Positions 11,915 through 22,394 of a stretch of 64,000 nucleotides of DNA are shown piece by piece. The stretch comes from a virus. The notes beneath the pieces were generated by a model. The model saw only the letters and a program-made list of their open reading frames with translations. It was not told where the DNA came from and did no database searches. The stretch covers positions 12,045 to 76,044 of the IMG/VR virus record IMGVR_UViG_3300045125_000119. One strand, 5' to 3'. A program made the position numbers and the translations under genes. Each line of letters starts with the position of its first letter. Position 1 is the first letter of the stretch.

Positions 11915-12050
11915 CTCTAACTCCGTTTTCCTTCTTTGATATGTTTGCTGGGACGGTATCTAAGCGTTATTGGTCATTTTTTTCGGCTATTACCGTCAGA
12001 TACTTTTTGGGAAGGAATATTAGCCATGTCTGGGCAACTTTGCAATGCCA

Positions 12051-14075
12051 TTAGTTGACCATTTTCGTTATTCCTTTTTCGTGGCACAAACTGATCGTAT
12101 TGGCCCCGTGCAACATGCGAATAAGGTCGGCGTCGTGCGTAGTTACGAACACCTGTTTTTCTTCGGCCAGTTCGGAAATCATGTTATAGATGCCTTGAAC
12201 GCCGAGCGGGTCGATATTCGTGGTGACTTCATCGAGGAACACGACGGACGGCACGGTTCCGGTGGACACCATCATAATGTGTGCGAAAGCCTGTGATACG
12301 GCGAGGTTGAGTCGTCGCCGTTGTCCGGCCGACATTGCGTGATAAATATACGGGTCGCCGTCGGGCGGGTTCCGCTCGATGAGTTCGTTGAGTTCGTTAT
12401 CGAATTTAAGGGTAATTTTGTTGTCGATAAGGAACTGGAGCCAGTACGCAATCTTCCCGTTGAGGGCGGAATAATCCCGTCCACGACCCACTTGCGGATT
12501 CCCTTGTCCCCGTATGCTTTTACCCAATATTCGTAATACGGCTTTTTCTTTTCTGCCTCTTTGACTTCCGCTTCTTTGTTAGCACAGGTCCGAACGTGTT
12601 TCTCCAACTCCTTGCGGTCGTTGACGAGAATCTCAACGAAGGGGCTGTCGCCGTCCGCTTCGGCCTTTTTCGCTTTGGCTTGCTCTTTAAGAGCTTCAAT
12701 CTGTTGCTGCAACAGGGCCGCTTTGCTGTCGGCTTTCGGTTCACGAACTTGCGATGCGGTGACGAGGCCGGAACGCAATTTTTTGAGTTCGGTTTCGCCG
12801 TTGGACAACTCCACTTCGCCGTCCGAAATGGAGGACCGAACTCGATCCTGTCGGGTCTTGAGAACCTTGATTTCGTCTGGACAGCCCTTTGGCGCTTTTG
12901 CATCTCCTGATTGATGATAGATTTACAGGCCGATGCGTCTGCGGTCGTCTCACGACAAGCGTGTTCGATGTTGGCGGATTCAATGACGCCGTGACACTTG
13001 TGGCACTTGCTGCCGGGTTCGTTGCCCTGAAGTTCGGCGATCAAATCTTGGTGTTCTTTGAGTCGAGCCTGCTGATCCTTGACGATCCTCTGGCAGTCTT
13101 GCACCTGCTCGGCAATGGCACGAGCTTCTTCCTTGAGTTCGGTTTCTTTCTCTCTCGTTTCAGAGAGAATCCGACGGCGAGTGTCCTGCTTCTTTTCAAG
13201 AATCTCGATCTTGGCCGTCAAAGTCTTAATCTCGTCCTGGGCCTTCTGATACGCAACGAGTGCGGCCCCGGTGTCGGTGGACTGAAGCTCTTTGGTTTTG
13301 TCTTTGACTTGTTGCACGAGGTTCTTCGCCTCTTGCAACTTGGCAGCCTTCCAGTCCTTTTCCTTCTGTAGCGTTTTTTCGATGCGGCTTTCGGTGTCCT
13401 GCTTGACCCCAGAAGCGTCTCGTACTCACGACCCAAATTGACAATCGTGGCCTTCAGGCTCTTGAGGTCGCTGTTGGCCGTTTCGTGCCGCTGGCGGTAG
13501 ATGGATAGTGACAGCAAATTTTCAACGATTTCCCGCTTCGTTGGCGTATCACATTCCAAGAAACAAGAAGACTGGTCGTCGGTGAATACACAAATATTCA
13601 CGAACGCTTCGTATGAGAGTCCGATAATCTCTTCGATTTTTTTCTGAGTGACCCGCATATCGCCTTGGGTCAATTCGGTCGAATCGTTCCACTCGTGCTT
13701 TTCACTCTCCCACAATCGCAAGAAATTCGGCTTGCGGCCCCGCTCGATGCGATAGTTGTCAACAATCACAGCCGTCTTGCACTTGCCGCCAATGAGGTTG
13801 TGAATAACTCCGTCGGCCTTGATCTTTGAAGGGTTTTTGATCGTTTTGCCGTAAAAAGTCCAGCACAGAATTTCCTGCAAAGTGCTTTTGCCGGTGCCGT
13901 TACCTCGATACACGGACCTCTTCTGAAGGAAGATCGGTGTCGATAGGTTTAACGTCCCGATTTCGCCACGGACGAATACCACTTTGCCGAGTTTATCGAA
14001 CCGTATTTCAACCCCATCTGGACCGAATGGGAGGAAGTTCCAGGCACCGGCATAATGGAGTTTGAGTGTTCTCAT
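12051..14075 (-). CDS. SbcC/Rad50-like ATPase (T4 gp46-like), frameshifted
   Basis: GNGTGKST Walker A, long coiled coil with CHKC zinc hook, MSAGQRRR signature, VFLDEV Walker B, TTH. Confidence 0.93.
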
Positions 14076-14112
14076 GAAAGGAGTTTATATGCCAATCTCG
14101 TTCTCTGCAATA

Positions 14113-14799
14113 TCATTCTGCCTGGATATTTGTTTTGTGATTGTGCAACAGATTTTTTGGCAAATAAGTACCTCGCCATTTGCGATACACGCTTTGATAG
14201 TTGTTCGGGAAGGAGTATTCATCGAGTTGGCTGTTTTGCACAACGGGCACAATGCGATCTTTATATCGGTAGCCGTTGTCCCACTTGAGAAGGCTCAGGT
14301 CCGAAAAATTCCAAATATCTTCTAAGGGGCGACTCATGCTGGGGATGTGGTTATTGAATTTGACCACCGTTTCCACAAGGCTCGTCGGACGAACCAGTTG
14401 CACGAGTCGGTAAAAATCAAAGAACAATGCCCACACTTCATTGGACCCGCCCAACATTCCGGTGCCAGAACTCACTAGCGAATCGGGATATTCGTATACG
14501 GGATCAACGGAATCTTGGAAATAAACGTCGCAGTCCCAATGAACGTGAATGCCGGGGTGTTCGGCGATAAAGTGTTCGGCCAAAGAAATGGTCCGATCCC
14601 GGCCAATACCGGGACCAGAATTTGTAATGACTTCTGCGTTAAGTTTCAATTTTTCCGGCACGTCGGTCCACGAGTAGTCGTGCATGTATACGACTACTCG
14701 TCCATCGAACCGAGCGAACTCTTTGAGAGAGGCGATCCAAGAAGTGCCGTACTTGTTCCAACATTCCGCATCGAATCCGGTGAAAAGATACTTGTCCAT
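14113..14799 (-). CDS. putative GT-A-fold nucleotide-sugar transferase-like protein
   Basis: HVHWDCDVYF DxD motif after a beta-strand, GMLGGS; weak assignment. Confidence 0.4.
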   Translation of the reverse strand: MDKYLFTGFDAECWNKYGTSWIASLKEFARFDGRVVVYMHDYSWTDVPEKLKLNAEVITNSGPGIGRDRTISLAEHFIAEHPGIHVHWDCDVYFQDSVDPVYEYPDSLVSSGTGMLGGSNEVWALFFDFYRLVQLVRPTSLVETVVKFNNHIPSMSRPLEDIWNFSDLSLLKWDNGYRYKDRIVPVVQNSQLDEYSFPNNYQSVYRKWRGTYLPKNLLHNHKTNIQAE

Positions 14800-14813
14800 G
14801 ACCTACAAGAGCG

Positions 14814-15879
14814 TCACGTCGGAGTCTTTTCGCAGATTTCTCGACCGATCTTGAGCAGCAAATCTCGGTCGAGGCCGTCGGTTCCGACTTCATCGACGTA
14901 ACGAGTCAACATCTCGTCTTGCTTGAAAAGAATGGCCTTGGCGTCTTGAATGACGTGTTCGTCCATCTTCTTCTTTCGCTGCTTAATTTCAAGAGAGCCG
15001 ACCTTATTGTTCTCTGTGATTTCTCGGCGAACGTTAATCAGGTCCGTGGCTTCCCAATTTCGTCAACAATCACTTGAACGAAATTGCCGTCAAGCTTGTG
15101 TTTGTCCAAATCCCTTTGTCGCAGAATCAAGTGCTTGGGAGAAAACGTGTTCTCGATGTAAGTTTTTGTGTGTTTCAGACAGTCAATTGCCAAGATTTGC
15201 TTTTTCTGGTTCGCTTCCCCGAAAGACAGTTCGAGCGGCGAACCGAGGGTACTCAACTACGTCCGTAATCTGTTGGGCGCAGTGGTAGTGCCCAAGGATC
15301 ACCGACTTGTAGTGCGAGAACAAATCGGCACTCACTCGCATCATGTCGCCGTCGTGTTCGACCACAACGTCGGCCGTGTGATCGCCGTGCAAAATGGCCC
15401 CGTCGATAGCAATGTGCCCAAGGCAATATTGCGGACGGCCGGATTCCTGTTTCAATTCGTTGACCGCCGTGATGGGGTCGTGAGTAAAAGGAATAAAGTC
15501 CCAGGTCGAACCACAGATATTGTGACACCGAGTCGGCTTGTCGATGATCGTCACGCCCGGCAGGGACGAAAACGGCACGACACTCGATATAGAAGTGTTC
15601 TCGTTGAACCACAGGTCGTGGTTGCCGAGAAGAAGGTACAGTTTAATGTCGCCCAGCAGATTCCGTCTCAGCGTCTCGAACAATCGCTGATAAGTGTAAA
15701 CTTCGATCTTTTTGGCGGTCGTGCAGCAAGTCGCCGCCGAAAAGAATATTGGTAATTCCACGCTTGCGTGCCGTCTGGAAAACCCAATCGACCACCTTCA
15801 GGCAGTCTTCGAGTCGCTCCACTTTACGCTTGTGCGGGTGGACGTGTGCGTCAGTAAAAATAAGGACTTCGTCGCTCAT
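14814..15879 (-). CDS. SbcD/Mre11-like nuclease (T4 gp47-like), frameshifted
   Basis: IFTDAHVH, GGDLLHDR, LLGNHD, LGHIAI, LGHYH metallophosphoesterase motifs. Confidence 0.93.
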
Positions 15880-15921
15880 ACGAGGCAAGATAATCAATCT
15901 CGGAAATAAAAGCAAGGGGGA

Positions 15922-15927
15922 TAAATA
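15922..15927 (+). promoter_or_regulatory. late promoter core (ATAAATA)
   Basis: TAAATA upstream of AAAGGAG RBS and ATG 15963. Confidence 0.45.
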
Positions 15928-15962
15928 GAATGGCCTTTCGCACGGACGGGAAAGGAGATAAT

Positions 15963-16593
15963 ATGAACCCGTCGCCGAGGGAAACGACATGATCCTTTTA
16001 GTTATTGAACTCCTACTCCCACACCTTCTTCTCTGGCAGTGGCTCGGAGAAAAACCGCTGCCGCCTTCGACGCCAGAAATTAGAAAACTCGTTGATGAAT
16101 TGGGCGACCCAGAATACAGCAAACGTGAATGGAGCGCAAAAGAAACTCACCGACCTCGAAATCAAATCCATGCGTGATTGCTTGAGAGCAGCAAATACGA
16201 GTGACGACCCCGAAATCCGAAAGCGGGCCGGAGAAATAGTCGGCAAATATTACGGAGTCAGAAGTGACGACAAGAAAACTCCGATGCCGAGCATTTACAT
16301 GCTGCCGGATAAAAATCCGCTTCCCGCATGGTGTGAAAATTGAAATGGACGAAGAAATGAACGGGGCCGGGTGGTGCAAAACTATGGAGTCGCCGTTTGA
16401 CTTGGCCGCATTCTACTTTGAAAAAGCCCGTGAGAACTTCAACTCGTTCCTGACAGAAAATCAAAAGTATTACGGCCACGGAGTCAACGGCTGGCTGGAC
16501 GACTTCTGCGAGCGAGAGGCGATGAGATTGTTCACTTACGACATGCTGAAGGCGGGTCAGAAGCAGAAAAGAAGTGAAAGACATAGTGAATGA
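15963..16593 (+). CDS. membrane-anchored HEAT-like-repeat protein (frameshifted)
   Basis: Hydrophobic N-terminus, then IRKLVDELGDPEYSKRE.AQKKL...SDDPEIRKRA. Confidence 0.5.
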
Positions 16594-16750
16594 AGCGGCC
16601 GAAAGGACGCAGACCCACAAAAACAGTTACCGCCACTACAACGGCGGGAGTTGCACAGATGTGGTTCCGGGACCGGCTATACCATCGGCGTCGATCCCGG
16701 AAGGGGCCGAGAGAAGGTATGGCGGCTATTACTACCGCCATCCACACAAA

Positions 16751-17075
16751 CTAAGCACTTTTCAACACACGTTCCAAAACGTCCCAAACGTTATACGCTT
16801 TAAGTTTGTCGGCAGCTTGACCACCTCCGGGTGCCCCGGAGGTGCGCCCATTCCGCCACCCGGAGGTGGGGGACCACCTAAACCGCCACCACCCGGAGGG
16901 GGCGGTGGCATACCGCCACCCGCACCGCCCGGCAATGCACCGGGATGCCTAATCCACCGGGCGGTCCTAAACCGCCGCCACCCGGAGGGGGCGGGGGCAT
17001 ACCGCCCGGAGCCGGTGCCGGTCCAGCTTCAGCTATAAGTCGTTGTTCCAAAAAATACTTGAAAGTGTACATCAT
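16751..17075 (-). CDS. Pro/Gly-rich putative internal head protein (frameshifted)
   Basis: MYTFKYFLEQ start, repeated GMPPPPPGGGGLG, C-terminus read as KLKAYNVWDVLERVLKSA*. Confidence 0.55.
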
Positions 17076-17077
17076 CT

Positions 17078-17083
17078 TATTTA
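17078..17083 (-). promoter_or_regulatory. late promoter core, leaderless geometry
   Basis: GTAAATA-AGATG-ATG (5 nt to second ATG). Confidence 0.55.
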
Positions 17084-17164
17084 CCCTTTGGCTTCTGTTT
17101 TCCGCTTTACCTCTGAGACTTTTCGGACTACTATGCAGTAGGCAGTTTCCAACTGGAGCTAAGT

Positions 17165-18017
17165 ATGAACAAAATGATTCAGATGGGCGACACGGTATCT
17201 GTTTCTTTTGAAGGAAGAACCGGCACCAAATCGGTTTACAAAGTATCCGGGTACAAGAAAAACAAGCCCGAAGACTGGCTGGACGAAGATTTTTACGTCG
17301 AGGCCGAAGACGGCGAAACGGTGACGGCGGTCTTCGTCGGCTCGGCAGACGAAACCGATTTCAACGACGAAACCGTTCAAGGAATCCCCAATCGACCGGC
17401 CCTCGAAGACGGCGTTAACGAAATTACAATCAAATCCGGCGGGAAAGAATACTACGCTGCAATTTATCTTGTGCGATGCTCCGAAAGGGTCGGCCACGAC
17501 AATTCCGGGAGATCGTTTGGGACTCGTACTCGGAAACGTTCGAGTTCGAGGAAATGGGCTGGGTGTCTGGTCTGTGGGCGTCGGTATTCGGAAGCGAACC
17601 TTACGAAGACGATTTTGTGCCCATCAGCATTGAGGCAGATGAAGTGGAAGAAGTCCACCACTGCTGCGGTGGACACTGCCACTCTCAAGAAGCCGTAGTC
17701 AACATGGACGTTACCCAGCCGGTGGATATGGCTACGCCACCGCCAAGCGAACCCACCTACTCGCCGCCGCCAGAGCCGACGTGGACGGCCCCCGAACCCA
17801 CGCCACCGCCAAGCGAACCCACCTACTCGCCGCCGGAACCGAGTTATTCGCCGCCACCGCCCCTCCGAGTTACGACAGCGGTTCGAGCGGTAGCAGTTCT
17901 TACGACAGCGGTTCGAGCAGTAGCAGTTCTTACGACAGCGGTTCGAGCAGTAGCAGTTCTTACGACAGCGGTTCGAGCAGTAGCAGTTCTTACGACAGCG
18001 GTTCGAGCAGTTGGTGA
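17165..18017 (+). CDS. acidic protein(s) with Pro-rich linker and (YDSGSSSSSS)n tail; one or two ORFs
   Basis: ORFs 17165-17698, 17476-18114 and 17781-18017 stitch into an acidic domain, HHCCGGHCH, PPPSEPTYSPP repeats and a Ser-rich tail ending in W. Confidence 0.5.
17871..18010 (+). repeat. 30-bp tandem repeat, ~4.7 copies
   Basis: TACGACAGCGGTTCGAGCAGTAGCAGTTCT, head-to-tail with no spacers. Confidence 0.95.
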
Positions 18018-18024
18018 TTTAAGC

Positions 18025-18053
18025 AAAAGACCCCGGTTTTACCGGGGTCTTTT
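18025..18053. terminator. bidirectional intrinsic terminator
   Basis: AAAAGACCCCGG-TTTTA-CCGGGGTCTTTT between convergent genes. Confidence 0.85.
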
Positions 18054-18062
18054 CTTTAGAAA

Positions 18063-19487
18063 TCAATACTTTCTTTCACCACTACACTGTGCCCTTGTTC
18101 TTTCAGAATCTTGATGCGTTTCTTCGAGTGGTCTTCTAGGTAGTCGTTGATTTTGAACAGGAAGTCGTAATATTTGAGCATATCTTTGTCGTCGGCGGTA
18201 CGAAGCCCACGACCCATCCGCTGAATAATCTGGTGATCTGCCTGACCCCGGCCGCATTGATTAAGTTATGCACCTTGACGTTGATGCCCAGTGTTGAAAA
18301 TCTGCTGGGTAGCAATTGCAACAACGTTTCCCTTCGCCTTCTGCAACTTGTGGATGACGCCTTTGCGGGTAGCCGCATCGTCTTTGCCCTGAACCCAGAG
18401 GGAGCCGGGAAGCATACTGTGTAAAGCGTCCCCGTGGGCGACACGATCAACCAGAATAAGTGTGCGGCCCTTCTGGAGTTTCGTGAGTCTTGTAACGACC
18501 TGATGGAAATAGTAGCTCTCGGCGATCCCACGGGTCACGGCATCCATGTAGATGTCGTGGGGATCATCGGTTCCTCAATCGGATAGAAGAAGCACTCCGA
18601 AGCGGCCAGAATTCCCCGATCCTGCAAATCCTTGGTAGTAAGAATGCCGGATTCGGTGGCGTCGGTCTTGAGTACAGGGCCGAAGAAGCCCTTGACGTAA
18701 AACTTCTGAACCTGATCTGTTTCGCCGAACTTAAATGGAGTGCGCTCAAGGCCATGCGGACGGAACACGACTTGAGCCGCCGATATGTGGCTTTGGGCAT
18801 GGCCGACATCATATCGTGAATTTCGTCCACGATAACCGCTCGGTATTTGTGCAAGTCCTTTTCGATCTTGCCAATCGAGGCAATGTTCGCCACGGTGATC
18901 GTGTCCGGCTGGCAGAATCCGCCCCACAACCCGCCGACGTTCTTGAACCCCCAATTCCTGATTTCGTTCGTAGTTCTGTTGAGCCAAAGCTACCCGATTC
19001 TGCAAGACCAGTGTCGGACAATCCTGGGGAGAGCCTTGAGAAGCGCCGACCATGATGAACGTCTTGCCCGCCGACGTGGGGGCGTAGACGACGCCCCGGT
19101 GGTGCTTCGTGATCTTGTTGATGAAGTCCACTTGGTAATCGTGAAGCTTAACCTTGTCGGCGTTGGGAGCGATCCACTGATTAAGGAAGTTCTCGTCAAT
19201 GTCGGTGAAGCGAAAATCAACCCTGTTACGTTCGTCGGATACTGTATAAGAAATGTCCCATTTTTTGAGGGCGGCACGCACTTCGGGAAGCAAGCCGGTG
19301 AGAAACTTCCCTGTTTCCATTTTGAAAAATTCTGTGTACCCGTCCCACAACTTCATCTTTGTACCGACGATTGTGAAAGTAATTGCGGCTCTCGAAAACG
19401 CAACATAGTCCACAACCGGTGCATGATATTGATGTTGTCACAGGTCAAATACGAATAGTCGTTACTGATTTTGAGGTGGCTGGACAT
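18063..19487 (-). CDS. uvsW: superfamily 2 helicase (T4 UvsW-like), frameshifted
   Basis: LHDYQ, APTSAGKT, VIVDEIH, LILVDRVAHG, IATQQIFNTG motifs. Confidence 0.88.
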
Positions 19488-19611
19488 TTGCATCCTTATC
19501 GGTCGTTTTCTTTGAGGTCTGATTTTTGACCTTACTCGATCTGATTATCTTACCAGATCGAGCCGACTTTCGTCCACCCGGTTTGCGTTTTCCGCCGCCA
19601 CAACAAGCCAT
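19462..19611 (-). CDS. 49-aa basic protein MACCGGGKRKPGGRKSARSGK...
   Basis: Translated by hand (not in ORF track); AAGGAGG RBS and upstream ATAAATA at 19636-19641. Confidence 0.6.
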   Translation of the reverse strand: MACCGGGKRKPGGRKSARSGKIIRSSKVKNQTSKKTTDKDANVQPPQNQ

Positions 19612-19670
19612 ATAAGCCTCCTTATTGGAGGCATATATTTATCATTTTTTGTGTTTCTGAATGTAATCAC

Positions 19671-20129
19671 TCAAAAATGAAGAACGACGGCGGTCGTCTT
19701 GCACGAACCGTCACAAGCGGGAAGATCGGGCCACGGGTTGTCGTACAGAGGGTCATCTACGTCCATGTTCTCCAACTCTTCGTGGAACGCCACCGAATCG
19801 ACGCACGAAACTACGAACTCAGGGCTGACGTAGCCCGTGCCACCACCAGATGCACTTCGGCATCCGGGTTGTGCTTCGACAACTCTGCCATCAAGTCTTT
19901 GATTTTCATATTCCTCTAAAACCTCTTTGGCGGCTAAAATCAGATCGTCTCGTCGGTTAGTTGTGTAGAACTCGCCCAATATGCCACGGGTGTTATAAAC
20001 CTTGTATCCCATTGCAGTTAATTCTGCAAACACTTTATCGTGTGTGGGATCGACCATACGATCCAAGCCGACGCCGACGGCAAGTGGACAAAAACAACCG
20101 TCGCAATAATTGTAGGCATTCAGTACCAT
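19671..20129 (-). CDS. hypothetical Cys-rich protein
   Basis: 152-aa ORF with YCDGCFCP and CDGSC. Confidence 0.5.
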   Translation of the reverse strand: MVLNAYNYCDGCFCPLAVGVGLDRMVDPTHDKVFAELTAMGYKVYNTRGILGEFYTTNRRDDLILAAKEVLEEYENQRLDGRVVEAQPGCRSASGGGTGYVSPEFVVSCVDSVAFHEELENMDVDDPLYDNPWPDLPACDGSCKTTAVVLHF

Positions 20130-20244
20130 ATCGTGGGGCCAATTTATGACTCTGCGAAGTTGCTCAGGGGTGAGTTGTCTGAGGCCGTTCTTCAGACCGG
20201 TTTAGCGAGGGTCTTCCATATAATTCTCCGTGTGTTCGCCAATT

Positions 20245-20564
20245 ATGGACATAGAAACTGAAACATTACAAGGCCAAAATAGGAAGTTAAAAGCCCAATG
20301 GACCGTAGAAGCGGCCCAAGACTTGGCCGCTTCTTTCACGGCAACGCCGAGAAAAGAACTGGCAGAGGTATTGGCACAGGAAATTAACGCCGAGATAGAT
20401 CGTGAGATATTGGAAGACTCGCGGCGGTCTGCACAGGAAATTAACGCCGAGATAGAGATCGCGAGATATTGGAAGACTTGCGGCGGTCTGCCCAAGAAAA
20501 GGAAGCCGCCGCAAAGAAAAAGAAGAAATATAGGAGCATTGACGACCCGTGGGACGCCGAATGA
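20245..20564 (+). CDS. stand-alone fragment of T4-like major capsid protein gp23 with internal duplication
   Basis: RKLKAQWTVEAAQDL...ELAEVLAQEINAEIDREILED matches the conserved gp23 segment; AQEINAEIDREILEDxRRS occurs twice; ends KYRSIDDPWDAE* after frame correction. Confidence 0.75.
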
Positions 20565-20999
20565 TTATTGCTCGGTAACGGTTGTAGAAGCCGTCAATTG
20601 CGGCGTAACGCCGTTAGAAACAGCAACGTTTGGGCCAACCGTACCGAAGTAAAAGAAGCTTTCCGGTGCCCGGAACTTGCAGTGCCGATACCAAAGTGAG
20701 CAATCGGGTTGCTGCCACCTGTAGCCGCCGGAAAATCCAACGGTCGAAATTGGCGTAATCGAACCGCCTGTAATTGACCATCCGCCAGTTGTTCTCGCCA
20801 CAGCAACACGAGCATAAGAAGTATAATCAGCTTCGTTTGAAGTCTGGCTGCCTGAAGCTGTTGGGCTGCTTGTGTGAAGACTAACGTATAAGTTAGTCAA
20901 AGGTGATGAAGCCGCATTGTCCGCAATATTGGCAATGGCTGTGGCCTGAAACACCAACTTGGCAAAGTCATTCGTAAATGTACTACCTTTTGCTGCCAT
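20565..20999 (-). CDS. phage virion structural protein (tail-associated family)
   Basis: TAIANIADNAASSPLTNLYVSLHT...YTSYARVAVAR, a motif recurring in phage tail modules. Confidence 0.7.
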   Translation of the reverse strand: MAAKGSTFTNDFAKLVFQATAIANIADNAASSPLTNLYVSLHTSSPTASGSQTSNEADYTSYARVAVARTTGGWSITGGSITPISTVGFSGGYRWQQPDCSLWYRHCKFRAPESFFYFGTVGPNVAVSNGVTPQLTASTTVTEQ

Positions 21000-21476
21000 A
21001 TTTTCCCTTTATATTATAGTTATCGGTGCCGACATTGGCTCAGTTGATTTTCAGTTTCTTGAGTAATGAAATCGTAATATTCTAGAGCATACGCCTGAGC
21101 TCTGTGCGTCGGTGCAAAAGGTCGGCCTCGTTCCAAAAGACTGTTTAACGTATCGACGTACATGATGTTGGTAGCACCAAATGTCTTCGTGTTGTTAATG
21201 AATTTTGCGGTCTTGATACTGATAGCCTCAAAAACGCCTTTTTGGCTTTAACTCATTGAGTAAACAGTTGTGTTTTCTGAAAATCGGTACTCAATTGCCG
21301 TCGCCCGCTGTCCGTGGGCACACGCATAACTATTTGCAGTTGATGTACCTTTCAGCCATTAAGTCTCCGGCAATGAAACAAATGATCTATGTCTCTGTTA
21401 TTTATCGTCCTAAAAACGAATTTCGGCACCGGATTGGGTTTTGGTTTCCGATTTACAATGGACTTAAACCTGTTGT

Positions 21477-22361
21477 TTACGCTCGCTCGTGCAATCGCCG
21501 CTGGCGGTGTAAGGAAGCTGGCGAAGGATGAACAACGTAAGTTTTCCAGAAATATCGAGAGACACCATAAGCATCAGAACTTGCAATAGATTGACCGACT
21601 GCCGTTTTAGCAGATGCACCAACAGCCGTCGCTGTGCTGTCCGCTGTGGCTGTACCTTCACATTGCAAAGCTGTAAACGTAGAAGAAACTGCTGTGCTGT
21701 CCGCTACAGCCGTACCGACAAATGTAGCTGTTGCGGCAAGCGATCCCGTTGCCGTACTGTCCGCTGTAGCCGTTCCGACCAAATGCAGAAGCACAGAGCT
21801 AGTGCCCGTTGCGGTGCTGTCCGCTGTAGCCGTACCGATGACCCCGGCTTGTCCCGTTGCGGTGCTGTCCGCTGTAGCCGTTCCGACGAACGCAGCTGTT
21901 GCGGCAAGCGATCCCGTCGCCGTGCTGTCCGCTGTAGCCGTTCCGACAAATGTAGCTGTTGCGGCAAGCGATCCCGTTGCGGTGCTGTCCGCGGTAGCCG
22001 TTCCGACAAATGTAGCTGTTGCGGCAAGCGATCCCGTTGCGGTGCTGTCCGCTGTAGCCGTTCCGACAAATGTAGCTGTTGCGGCAAGCGATCCCGTTGC
22101 GGTGCTGTCCGCTGTAGCCGTTCCAATGACCCCGGCTTGTCCCGTTGCGGTGCTGTCCGCTGTAGCCGTTCCAATGACCCCGGCTTGTCCCGTTGCGGTG
22201 CTGTCCGCTGTAGCCGTTCCGACAAATGTAGCTGTTGCGATTAAGACACCATCTGCGGTGCTATCGGCATGGCTAAACCTTCTCCTTGACCTTCTGACAA
22301 TTAGAAGGCCCGAAGAAGAAATCGGGCAGACCTCAGAAATGGGAAATGAGCCAATGGACAT
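21477..22361 (-). CDS. Thr/Ala/Ser-rich repeat virion protein
   Basis: (GTATADSTAT)+GSLAATATFV or GQAGVI units; true C-terminus probably ~21360 after a frameshift. Confidence 0.7.
   Translation of the reverse strand: MSIGSFPISEVCPISSSGLLIVRRSRRRFSHADSTADGVLIATATFVGTATADSTATGQAGVIGTATADSTATGQAGVIGTATADSTATGSLAATATFVGTATADSTATGSLAATATFVGTATADSTATGSLAATATFVGTATADSTATGSLAATAAFVGTATADSTATGQAGVIGTATADSTATGTSSVLLHLVGTATADSTATGSLAATATFVGTAVADSTAVSSTFTALQCEGTATADSTATAVGASAKTAVGQSIASSDAYGVSRYFWKTYVVHPSPASLHRQRRLHERA
21700..22240. repeat. mixed 60-bp/48-bp tandem repeats
   Basis: Shared core GCGGTGCTGTCCGCTGTAGCCGTTCC, about 10 copies. Confidence 0.9.
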
Positions 22362-22377
22362 GGAGGTATTTATCCTC
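22362..22377 (-). promoter_or_regulatory. late promoter inside an inverted repeat
   Basis: GGAGG-ATAAATA-CCTCC directly followed by ATG. Confidence 0.6.
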
Positions 22378-22394
22378 CATGTCCACGATTGCTG

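Noticed and set aside
17871-18010. CRISPR array
   Set aside because: The 30-bp units are contiguous without unique spacers, are in-frame coding repeats, and no cas genes are present.
20245-20564. The true major capsid gene
   Set aside because: It is only ~105 aa, has no upstream coding continuation on this strand, and no head-assembly genes are adjacent.
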